This document shows, one piece after another, positions 1 through 10,352 of a DNA stretch of 64,000 nt (position 1 is the first letter of the stretch; the number at the start of each line of letters is the position of its first letter). The DNA lies in the NCBI RefSeq assembly GCF_963921235.1, contig NC_086106.1:19778001-19842000 (forward strand), read 5' to 3'. The notes beneath the pieces are model-generated. The model worked only from the letters and a program-made list of their open reading frames with translations, was not told where the DNA came from and did not search any database. The DNA is from Mobula hypostoma. Its lineage: Eukaryota. Both the position numbers and the translations under genes were made by a program.

Positions 1-300
1 CAGAAACTGTTGACATCCTGAGATTTTCATTCACTGCAGTCTCTACAGACTGCAGAGAATGGTGCAAAAATCAAAGAATAACATCCAGTAAGTGTAAGTT
101 CTATGGAAGAAGATGCCTTGTTAATAAGAGGGGTCAGAGGAGAATGGCCAGACTGGTTCAAGCTGACAAGAAGGCAAGAGTAACTTAAATAACCACTCGT
201 TACCACAATGATTTGCAAAAGAGTATCTCTGAATGTACAACACATCCAACATTGAAGTGGATTGGCTACAACAGCAGAAGACCACAAACATACAAGACGA
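1..300 (+). mobile_element. Tc1/mariner-like transposon remnant (transposase N-terminal fragment)
   Basis: From ~126 reads KRGQRRMARLVQADKKARVT*ITTRYHNDLQKSISECTTHPTLKWIGYNSRRP, resembling the HTH region of fish Tc1-like transposases; contains an in-frame stop. Confidence 0.65.
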
Positions 301-384
301 GCCTAAATGAGTGAGGAAACCTTTCTGAACACTCTTAAACTCCACCCCATCTCAGCCTTTATTACCATGAGATTTCCTGTCTAT

Positions 385-1130
385 CTTAGGAAAGTTAAAA
401 TCTCCTACCATGACAGACCTATTCTTACAACTATTTGTAACCGCACTGCATATTTGTTCCTCTGATTCCCTTGAACTCTAAAAGGGTCAATAGTACAATC
501 CCACCAAGGAGACCATCCCCTGCTTGTTTTGCTGATCCATCTATGAAGCCTGACTGGATAGTGCCCTCGGTAATTTCATCTTGAGCTACTGCTGTCACAT
601 TCTCCGTAATCAGAAATGCAACCACACTTTCTTTCCTCCACTTCCGTTCCAGCTGGAGCACCTGTACCCTGGAACATTTAGCTGCCATTTCCTGTCCCTC
701 TATTAGCATTGTTCTGTAATGGTTATAATATCCCAGTATAATTGACTACCCATTGTCCTGAGTTCATCCACCTTATCTATCCGGCCTTTTGCATTGACGT
801 ACATGTAATTTAATCCAACAGCCTTACCTTGCTCTCTGCCTACCACAGTTTGTCTAACTGGCATTGAATTCTGTCTCGATTTCTGGCAACGTATCTGCCT
901 CTCTGCTACTCACCCTCCCTGGTAGCATAAACCAGGTTAATTGGCACCCCTCCAGTTCAAGTACAACCCGACCCTCTTATACATGTCACTTCTGCCCCTG
1001 AACAGACCCCAATAGTCCATAAGACTGAATCCCTGCTGTCTGCATCAAATTTTCCACCATGCAGTCCTCTTCCGCATCATAAGACTGTAAGACCATATCC
1101 TCCTTGTCTTATTCTCGTTAGCACATGGCA
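385..1130 (-). mobile_element. Degenerate CR1-type LINE fragments
   Basis: Minus ORF 431-709 (AVAQDEITEG...) resembles the CR1 ORF2 endonuclease-RT linker; cataagac-type tail remnant near 1080. Boundaries approximate. Confidence 0.55.
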
Positions 1131-3329
1131 CAGTGATTAATCCAGAGATTTCCACCCTTGTCCTCTTCCCTGACTCCCTGATATTCACTCTGCCGGCTCT
1201 CATCCCTTTCTCTACCGATTGGTGTTGGTGCTAATGTGCAGCACCATTTTGAGTTGCTCACCCTCCCTGTTAAAAATGCTCTGCATGTAGGAGTCAACAC
1301 ACCATCCTGGGATCCATTTTATGACCACAGAGCCTCCTGTCTGTCTCCTCCCAGCTATTGAGTCTCCTGTCAGTAAAAGCCCATCTTGCCCACAGTGCAC
1401 CCTGGTACCACAGCCTTGGCAGAATAGCCACTCACACCACAGTATCCAAAATGCTGTATTTGGTTTGCAAGTGCTTTCAAGAAGAGTAGCCACAGGATCA
1501 ACCTGCATTATTGTCTCCACTCTCTATTTTTCCTGATGGCCACCCAACTACCTTCGGCCTGCATCTTATGTGAGGCTACCTCACTGTCACTCTTATCTAT
1601 GATGCTCTCAGTATCGCAGTTTCTTAAGTGCATCCAGCTTCAGCTCCTTATTGCAGCCTACAAGCATTTTCTACAGGTGTAGTCCTCAGTGACACTGCGA
1701 GTCTCCACGGTCCCCCACATTCTGAAGAACAAGCATACCACTATCCTAACTGCTACCCTGGAGCTCCAAGAACAAATATTCAAGTTGTTAAACCTTGCCT
1801 GTGCTTACATTGATTCTTACCTCCGTTCAGCCTCTTCGCTGATATGTCACAGCTAAGGCATCATCATTCTAGCTTCAAGCACCCCATTTGCAACCCAAGC
1901 AGAGCTCCTCTGCAGCCTGCCTCACTGTTATATCTGCAAAACCGAGTTTGAAACGATGTTGCTTCCTCCCTTCTGCTGCTAAAGCTGCTGGGTCTGTTGT
2001 CTTATATCTTCAATTTGTAAATGGCAACATTTCAACATTTTATCTCCTTGCGCCCAAATTAATTATTGCTAAATATATTTTTTTTTAACCCCAGATTGAA
2101 ATCCTTACTTCCCCAACATTTTTTCTAAATGTTGAGTTTGCTTCCCTTCCAATAGCAGAATCGATCTGAAGCCTGCGTGTGCCTGTTGACCATTTTACTG
2201 TTGGACGACAAAGCCTTCATCTACTGCAATTCACACTGTCTGACACATACTTTCCCGCTAGTCTCCTACTCCCAGAGTTCCTGCATGTTCTGCTGTGTCC
2301 ACACAGTCTTTTTGGGGGATCTTAACCTCATTCACCAGCAACAATCTGTCATCGACAGAGTCAATCACGAGATAAATGATGTCACATAGGTGGGTCAGAA
2401 CAAATCCAGTCCACAACACTGTTCAAGGTAATTCTGACAACTGGTCAAACCACATCTTCTCATTGTGTCCACCTGTCAAAGCTCTTAACGTAAGCAACAT
2501 TCAAAAACTATTCAAACAACTAAGAATTTAAAATAGATTGTGCAAACACATCTATAAACATCCATAAACATGTGAAATTATTTGATGGAACTTGACGCTT
2601 CTCCTTTTCCAGTGAAATGAATTGAGAACCCATGCTTTCAAGTGCATTTTGCACCTTAAGTGGTTGGCAATTGCCACAATCTGCATTTCCTCACTGGGAC
2701 TCTCTGAGCTGGTCGTTCAGTGAGAATATCACCTACATCTAATGACATTTTGAGATTTCTCCATCTGCCCAGGAATCTCATCGTCACTGTCGGTTGTGTT
2801 GGCCAACACTTCTCCACAGAGTCTGGGCTAATGTATTTCCACAGTTCCTCTCTCCTTTCTGATGCACGTTACCATTCCCTCCTGGTTGGCCTGTAGTTTA
2901 CCAAGACTCTCTGGAGTTGAAATTCTTCGTCTGTCACCTATGCTAAATGTGTTATGCAGTGACAACAGCATCATGCAGTCAGTACAAATATATTTCAGAA
3001 GCAAAGACAGCCATCACTATATCACACACGTGGTGCTGGAGACAAGCTACAGATTTCTACACCAGTCCTCTAATCAACATCACATTCGAAGAAATTATAA
3101 TTATTTGAATAAGGATACTGCCAAATTCTTCCTTTTCCTGTAAAATCCACTAAGCTGGTGCCAACAGTCTTATCAGAATAAGAAATTGTATTTGGAGGAG
3201 AGACAAGGTATCACTTTGAAACTTTGACTGAAATCTGGCACATCCAATGTTAGGTCATTCCCTCTAGGGCACTGGGGTGCTGGCCTGTATAGTGTGCCCA
3301 AGCATCCACTATGGGATTGATCCATTCCC

Positions 3330-4715
3330 TCCTATCTGAGTATTGAAGTGGTCAGAGCTTTGTTTAATGGGTGAATCATTTTGGAAGTTACTAGGAGAAC
3401 AGCAATTCTGGATTGGCTGTTATGGAGTGATTAGGGAGTTTGAGGTGAAGGAACCCTTAGGAGACAGTGATCATAATATGATTGAATTCAAACTGCAGTT
3501 TGATAAGGAGAAACCAAAGTCAGATTTATCAGTATTACATCAGAGTAAAAAGAATTACAGAGGCATGAGTGAGGACCTGGTCAAAGTTGATTGGAAGGGG
3601 ACACTAGCAGGAATGATGGCAGAGGGCAATGGCTGGAGTTTCTGGGAGCAATTCAAAAGGTGCAGCAGAGATACATCCCAAAGATGAAGAAGGGAGGATG
3701 AGGCTGACAAGGGAAATCAAAGACAGCATATAAAACAAAAGGGAGAGCATATAATAGAGCAAAGATTAGGGAGAAGTTAGAGGACTGGGAAGCTTTTAAA
3801 AGTCAACAGAAGGAAACTAAAAAGCCATAAATAGAAAAAGATGAAATATAAAGGTAAGCTATCCAATAATATAAAAGAGGATACAATATGTTATTTTTAG
3901 ATATATAAAGAGTAAATGAGAGATGACAGTAGATATTGAACTGTTGGAAAATAGCATTGGACGGGTATTAATGGGGGACAAAGAAATGACAGACAAACTT
4001 ATAAGTATTTTGCTTCAGTTTTCACTTTGGAAAACACTAGCAGAATGCCAGAAATGTGAGAGTGTCAGGGGGCAGAAGATGATATCAATGCAATTACTAA
4101 TGAGAGGGTGTTGAGAAAGTTGAGAAGTTTAAGGCAGATATCACTCAACCTGATGGACTACACTCCAGAGTTCTGAAAGCTGTAGCTGAAGAGATTGTGG
4201 AGGCATTAGTAATAGCCTTTCAAGAATCAATAGATTCTGGATTTGTTCTGGAGGACTGAAAAATTGCAAAAGTCACTCTGCTCTTTATGAAGGGAGGGAG
4301 GCAGAAAAAAGAAAATTATAGGCTAATTAGCATGACTTCAGTGGTTGGAAGGACATTGAAGTCTATTATTAAAGATAAGTTTTCAGATTACTTGGAGGCA
4401 CATGACAAAATAATCCAAAAGCAGCATGCTTTCCTTGAGGGGGAAATCATGTCTGACAGATAAGTTGGAATTATTTGAGGAAATAACAAGCTGGATAGAC
4501 AAAGGAAAGTCTGCAGATGTTGTTTATTTGGATTTTCATAAGACCATTGACAAGATGCCACACATAAGGCTGCTTTAACAAGATAGGAGCGCATGGAGAG
4601 AACATTGGCTGATTGGCAGGAGCCAAAGATGGCGTTTGGAGGGATAATAAATCAGGCATGATGGAATGGTGGAGTTGAGTTGATGGCCTAATTCTGCTCC
4701 TATGTCTTATGGTCT
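3330..4715 (+). mobile_element. Degenerate CR1 LINE (endonuclease C-terminus, RT fragments, 3' tail)
   Basis: ORF 3343 contains EPLGDSDHNMIEF; RT-like VVYLDFHK region near 4520-4550; ends in the CR1 tail ctgctcctatgtcttatggtct about 65 nt before the CH1 acceptor. Confidence 0.8.
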
Positions 4716-4778
4716 CTGCTTTGACTGCCAGTAATACATTTATTTACAAAACCGTTTGTGAATTTCTTTCCATTTCAG

Positions 4779-5087
4779 AGGTCAAGTCCACACCATCAGT
4801 CTACATCACTGCTTCCTGGAATGCAAAAACTGACCAAGACATCAGCCTCCTCTGTCTGGTCAAGGACTATCAGCCCGAGAGCATCAGTCAGACATGGTCC
4901 AATAACAGTGGAGACATCAGCAATGGAATCAAGAAATACCCAGCGGTGTTGGGGCAAAATTCAAAGTACACGATGAGCAGCTTGCTCCGAGTCTCTGTGG
5001 CAGACTGGAAGAAGGACAAAGCCTACTACTGCAAGGCAGGGTACACACCGAACGAGATTGTGACAGTGAAGATCCAGAAATCTCAGC
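4779..5087 (+). CDS. IgW: Ig heavy chain (IgW-type) CH1 exon
   Basis: Acceptor ttctttccatttcag|, donor |gttagt; 309 nt, phase 1-1. Translates (E)VKSTPSVYITASWNAKTDQDISLLCLVKDYQPESISQTW...SLLRVSVADWKKDKAYYCKAGYTPNEIVTVKIQKSQ with C1-set Cys/Trp/YxC motifs. Confidence 0.9.
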
Positions 5088-5376
5088 GTTAGTATGATCA
5101 GTTCTCTTTAAAGCTTCATTGATGCCGGGAAATATATCTGCAATAGGAAACTTTGTCAAACAATGTAGGAACATGGCAAATAACCCTTTTGTTCATGTAT
5201 TCTATTTCTGCTTTACAACGGTGATGCTGTTAAAAAACAAGGCAGAAAGAAACTGTGTGGAGTATGATTTATATATAAGGAGGTAAACTTGATCCTGAGG
5301 TCATTGTAATGAAGGGTGGATGAAACAACTTGTGCTGATCTGCCTCACTTCTATCCACTCCTTTATCGTTTTTCAG

Positions 5377-5477
5377 AAGCTTCTCTACCACCCAACCCCA
5401 AACAGTTCCCTCCAAATCAGCTTCCGTGCAGAGAATCATACAAAGACCACTGGCCCATTGTGTCCCTGCAACTTTAA
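5377..5477 (+). CDS. Candidate alternative terminal (secretory-type) exon after CH1
   Basis: Pyrimidine-rich acceptor ctttatcgtttttcag|; phase-1 frame gives (Q)ASLPPNPKQFPPNQLPCRESYKDHWPIVSLQL*; AATAAA at 5533-5538; no good internal donor. No transcript evidence. Confidence 0.4.
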
Positions 5478-5569
5478 GCTTAACCCACCCCTCTCACACT
5501 TTCCCCTCCACCCGGTGGCTGTCACATCTCCAAATAAAGTCCAATCCCATTGTGAATGTGATGGAATAA

Positions 5570-6260
5570 TCACAATCAGAATCAGAATCGGGTATAATAT
5601 CACTAGCATATGTTGTGAAATTCATTCTCTTTGCGGCAGCAGCACAATGCTATACACAATCGAGAGAAAACATCAATTACAGTAAGTATATATAGATTAA
5701 ATAGTTAAATTAAATAAGTAATGCCAAAGTAGAAATAAAAAACGAGTGAGATAGTGTTCACGAGTTCAATTTCAATTCATATATTGGATGGCAGAGGGGT
5801 AGAAGTTGTCCCTGCATCATTCAGTGTGCACCTTCCATCCACTGTACCTCCTTCCTAATGGTAGCGATGAGAACAAGGCATGACCTGGGTGCTGGGGGCC
5901 CCTAATGATGCACACCGTCTTTTTGAGGCGTCACTCCTTGAAGATGGCCTGGACACTACGGAGGCCAGTGCCCATGATGGAGTTTACAACCCTCTGCAGC
6001 TTACTTGGATCCTGTGCAGTACCACCCCCACCCCTCCAGACCAGACAGTGATGCAGCCATTCAGAATGCTGTCCATGGTACATCGGTAGAAACTTGCAAG
6101 TGTCTTTGGTGACATATGAAATCTCCTCAGACTCCTAAAGAAATACAGCCACTGTCAAACCTTCTTTGTAGTTGCACCACCACATCGGGTTCTGGATAGA
6201 TCCTCCGAGATATGGACACCCAGGAACCTGAATTCTTTCACCACACTCCTTTGACATTAC
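5570..6260 (-). mobile_element. Rex1/Babar-type LINE 3' fragment
   Basis: (aatcag)n reverse tail at ~5575-5590 and degenerate RT C-terminal sequence similar to the other Rex1-like copies in the window. Confidence 0.65.
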
Positions 6261-6656
6261 GTTCTAGATCTGAACAAATCATTGCAGATAATACAAAATA
6301 ATTTCCCCCGTCCATTCAATTCTTCCTTCCTCTTTATCCTAAAGTTGTAGTTCCCAAGTTCCATCCCATCTACTCTAGCTCACAGGAGATGGTATTAGCC
6401 TTTCTGCACTTTGTGTCTACCCCACCAGCGTTATTGCAGTCTTGCACCTCCACACTATTTGCCCACCTCTGCCCATAGTTACTGCCAAGTGGGACCCGTT
6501 GCTAAAGAGGATTGGATCATACACCCAAAACCCCCCGCTCACAGTTCTGTACAGCATCTCTGTGTAGAGCCAGCACATCAGCAGATCACTGGTAAATATT
6601 GTGGCGGGAGAATGCAGTCCAACTACGCTCTGGCTCCAACAAACATGTAACAGCAG

Positions 6657-6971
6657 ATGTTAAATGTATTGCAGTTCTGAACCTCATCTCCCTTGTTCCA
6701 TCCCCGGAGGATGTCCAAAGTCAAGCCACTGCTGTCCTGGGCTGTATGATCTATGGATTCCATCATCGCAAATTTAATATTGCCTGGAAGAAAGATGGAT
6801 TGATTCAAACGGGCAACATTGTCCCTTCCACTTCAAGAAGCAATGCTAGTTCTGAAACCTTCACTTACCTGTCAATGCCTATGAAGGACTGGATCAACAA
6901 ATCTGAATATACTTGTGAGGTGAAACATCCCTATGGCTTCAGCAGAATGGTCAGCATGAGATATGCAGACG
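6657..6971 (+). CDS. IgW: IgW CH2 exon (5' end ambiguous: 6657 or 6675); read-through tail to stop at 7042
   Basis: (D)VKCIAVLNLISLVPSPEDVQSQATAVLGCMIYGF...IAWKKDG...MKDWINKSEYTCEVKHPYGFSRMVSMRYAD; donor g|gtgagt at 6972. Both candidate acceptors are phase 1 with poor pyrimidine tracts. Read-through adds GESCLKEIYLSCQTISLTLLPNS*. Confidence 0.85.
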
Positions 6972-8539
6972 GTGAGTCATGCTTGAAAGAAATTTACTTA
7001 TCATGTCAAACTATCTCACTGACACTCCTACCCAATTCTTGACTCTTATATCAGTCTTGTTCAGCCACGCATGTTCTTTTGCACACTGAATCAATACTTT
7101 CCAACAGTAACTTTAACCCCTGACTACTGGACAGCAAAGATTCAAGGCAGGATCCCCTACCCACTCAATCTCACATAATTTTTTACTGTTAATGGTAAAA
7201 CCCTCAACAGTATTACCGTACAGAGAAATCTTGTGTTCTCGATCCATAGCTCCCTGAAAGTGGTTGCATAGGTTGATATAGTGTAAAGAAGGCAAATGGA
7301 ATGCACGCCATTATTAGTTAAGGCATTAAGTTCAAGAGTTCAAAAGTTATGTTACAACTTTTGAAAATCCTAGTTAGGCTGCATCTGGAATATTGAATAA
7401 ATATTATTCCTTAAGGAGCAGAATCGGGCAATGTGGCCTATCGATTATGCTCCACCATTCCATCGTGGCTGATTTATTATCCCTCTTAACCCCATTTCCC
7501 TGTGTTCTCCCTGTAAACTTTGATGCCCTTGTTAATCAAGAACCTGTTAACCTATTAAATATTCCCAGAGACAGCCTCCACAGATGCCTGTGGCAATGAA
7601 TTTCACAGTTTCACCACCGTCTAGCGAAAGAAGTTCCTCCTCATTCCTTCAAAAGGGGTGACTTGTATCCTGAGGCTGTGAGCTGTGGTCCTGGGCTCCA
7701 CCACTACAGAACGTATCATCTCCATGTCCACTCGATCTAGTCCTTTCAATATTCAATAGGTTTCAATAAAATTTTCTGAACTTCAGCAAGTAGAGGCTCA
7801 GAGCCACCAAACAGACCTCATGCTGACCCTTTCATTCCAAGTATTGGTCACATGAACCTCCTCTGGATCCCCTCCAGTGTCAATACATCCTTTCATAGAT
7901 GAAGGGCCCAAAACTGTTCACAATATTCCAGTTGCTGTCCAACCTATGCCTCATAGAGCCTCAGCTTTATTCCATTATTCCTGTAATGGTGGCCCCATTA
8001 TAGGAAGGGTTTGTAGGCTTCGGAGAGGTTGCAGAAGAGGTTTATCAGGATGCCTCTTGGATTAGAGGGCATCAGCTATGGGGGAAACTCTGACAAACTT
8101 GGCTTGCTATCTCTGAAGTGGTAGATCCTGAAAGGAGATTTGATAGACCTTCATAAGATTGTCACAGCAATATAGTGTAGAGATCCAGGGTCTAAACAAC
8201 AGGGTTGAAATATCGAAAGCTAGAAGACACACATTTAAAGGTAGGAGGGGATTAAATTCCAAGGAGGTGGATAGGGCAGGATTTGTACACACAGAGAGGT
8301 GGGTGCGGGAATGTGTTGCCAGGGTAGCAGCGGAAGCAAATGTAAAGATATTTCAGAGACTTCTATGTTGAAGTTCATGTGGGAGGCGAAGGCTGTAGAG
8401 ATGCGGAGAGGCGTAGTTGCAGTATGACAAATGTTGTGATGCAAAAGGGCTCTAATCAAAGAATATATTTGATTATCTCTCTGCTATGAAAACTGCATTC
8501 TTCCATCTCAGTGTGTAAAATACATGTTTGGTTTTGCAG

Positions 8540-8574
8540 TATCGGAACGTCACAAGAGTTCTGCAGTCCCAGCG
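8540..8574 (+). other. Candidate 35-nt micro-exon, or start of a terminal exon, before CH3 (copy 1)
   Basis: ttttgcag| ... |gtgagc; length is not a multiple of 3; phase-1 read-through gives VSERHKSSAVPAVSLFVPVMGKGLETQ* (stop 8622). Confidence 0.4.
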
Positions 8575-8795
8575 GTGAGCCTCTTTGTCCCAGTTATGGG
8601 AAAGGGACTGGAAACCCAGTAGAAAGGTTCTTCATTCTGATTTTACATTGCAATAATATCTGACACACTGTTAAAATCTGGGTGTTTTTGTGATTCTGCT
8701 TCTAACGATTACAGGCCTGCTGTTCAGTCCCAACCTAACATAATCAACAGAAAAGTCTCCACTAAAGTTCTGAAGTTTCCATTTCTATTCCACAG

Positions 8796-9098
8796 AATTG
8801 TCTGTCTTTATTCGAAATCCCGACATTGAAGAGATATGGATCAGCAAGACAGCTACTGTGAAGTGCATGGTTCTCTGTACCAATCCACAGGAAATCAACA
8901 TCAGTTGGTTAGTGAACGGGACGAAGTCAAGAAACCCTGTTTTCTCTGAACAACCAGAAAGTAAAGGAATCGTAAAAATAGTGATCAGTACAATGAATTC
9001 CAGTGTAGAGGAGTGGCTCAGCGGGGTGGAGTACAAGTGCGTCATTGAAGATTTCTCCACGTCCACTCAAATGTCAGCAAAGACAAAAAGAACCAAAG
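8796..9098 (+). CDS. IgW: IgW CH3 exon, copy 1
   Basis: tttctattccacag| ... |gtaggc; 303 nt, phase 1-1; ELSVFIRNPDIEEIWISKTATVKC...SWLVNG...SSVEEWLSGVEYKC, homologous to the EEIW-type IgNAR C2/IgW domain. Confidence 0.92.
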
Positions 9099-9188
9099 GT
9101 AGGCAAGATGACCAGCAATTAAAAGGTCAACATTAGATAAAATGAGCAAAAATATTTTATAGTACTATTGTCTGCTTGTCTCTTCCAG

Positions 9189-9506
9189 GAACAACAAAAA
9201 GACCTAATGTCAGATTGCTGCCTCCACCAGAGGAAGAAATCAAGTCCAACAGTGCTGCCGTTCTTGAATGTGTGGTCTCAGGATTCTACCCAGACCATAT
9301 AACTGTCACCTGGGAGAAGGACAGCTCTGTGATCAGCTCCAGCACCAGACCTACACCAACCGCTCTGGAGCAAGGGGGCACTTTCAGTGTCAGACACTTC
9401 CTGACCGTGAGTTTACAGGAGTGGGAGACCGAATCAGTCTTCAGCTGTACAGTGACTCATCCCCCCTCCAACACCCGTATCAAGAAGCAAGTGAAGAACG
9501 TCCAAG
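9189..9506 (+). CDS. IgW: IgW CH4 exon, copy 1 (weak donor; read-through tail to 9571)
   Basis: cttgtctcttccag| after a 90-nt intron; 318 nt; GTTKRPNVRLLPPPEEEI...LECVVSGFYPDHITVTWEKD...TALEQ...FSCTVTHPPS...KNVQ, homologous to the TALEQ-type IgNAR C3/IgW domain; ends aag|gtgttc. Confidence 0.92.
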
Positions 9507-10076
9507 GTGTTCCCTCGGACCCTATGAGAGGCAAGTGCAGAAATTGCTGGGGCTCTAGCAGAGATATTTAAAGCATCCTAAGCAACAGGACAGGCACCAG
9601 AGCATTGGAGGTTAGCCAATCCTGGTCCACTGTTTAAGAAGGGTGGGAGGTAGCAGAAAGGAAACTATAGACCTGTTAGCCTGACATTAGTGGTTGGAAA
9701 GCTGCTGGATGTCATTACAGAGGACCTGCAGGCACGTGACAGAATAGGCCAAAGCCAGCATGGTTTCCTGAAATTAAAATCCTGCCTGTCTAACCTACTG
9801 TAATTTTTTGAGGAAGTTACAAGCAGGGTAGACAAACGAGACGCAGTAGATGTGTTATGCTAGGATTTTCAGAAGGCCTTTGACAAGATGCCACACATAA
9901 GTCTGCTTAGCAAGATAAGAGCTAATGGAATTACAGGGGAGTTACTAGAATGGGTGGAACATTGGCTGATCGGCAGAAAACAGTGAGTGGGAATAAAGAG
10001 ATCGTATTCTGGCTGGCTGACAGTTACTAGTGGAGTTCCAAAGGGGTCGGTGTTGGGACTGCTGCTTTTTACAGTG

Positions 10077-10326
10077 TGTGGGAAACCATGTATATACGTT
10101 GTAACTCGGTTACTTGTCTGGACACACACCTCTGCTGACTGCCCCTGTGGCTCCTCTGACTGCCCTTGTGGCTCCTCCCACAGAGTCCTGTATAAAGGTG
10201 TTCGCCTTGCCCCTCACCCTCAGTCCGGGGGCAGACACTCACTGTGGAGGTCGTATTGTACAGCGAATAAAAGCCTTTCAGTATTTTACCAAACCTCAGT
10301 CTTTTGGAGTAATTGAAGGTGCTTCA
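10077..10326 (+). repeat. 5' LTR (250 bp)
   Basis: Matches the 3' LTR with ~7 substitutions plus a 21-bp internal duplication (ctgactgcccttgtggctcct); TATA-like tataaa at ~10190; AATAAA at 10266-10271. Confidence 0.95.
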
Positions 10327-10352
10327 ATTTTATTCGCTGTACATTTTAAAAC

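Noticed and set aside
1-4778. V, D or J segments, or RSS, upstream of CH1
   Set aside because: No WGxG J motif with a donor and no heptamer-spacer-nonamer pair seen; the region is TE-derived J-C intron.
5320-5685. 121-aa ORF as a gene
   Set aside because: No recognisable domain; it crosses an acceptor and runs into a LINE tail. Only a different frame is splice-compatible with CH1.
8540-8795. Degenerate extra Ig domain before CH3 (PAVSLF..., DTLLKSG)
   Set aside because: No Cys/Trp at canonical spacing in any frame, and too short for an exon plus intron.
9268-9558. Overlapping alternate-frame and antisense ORFs on CH3/CH4 (also 8785-9066 and copies)
   Set aside because: Shadow frames of real exons; they recur only because of the duplication.
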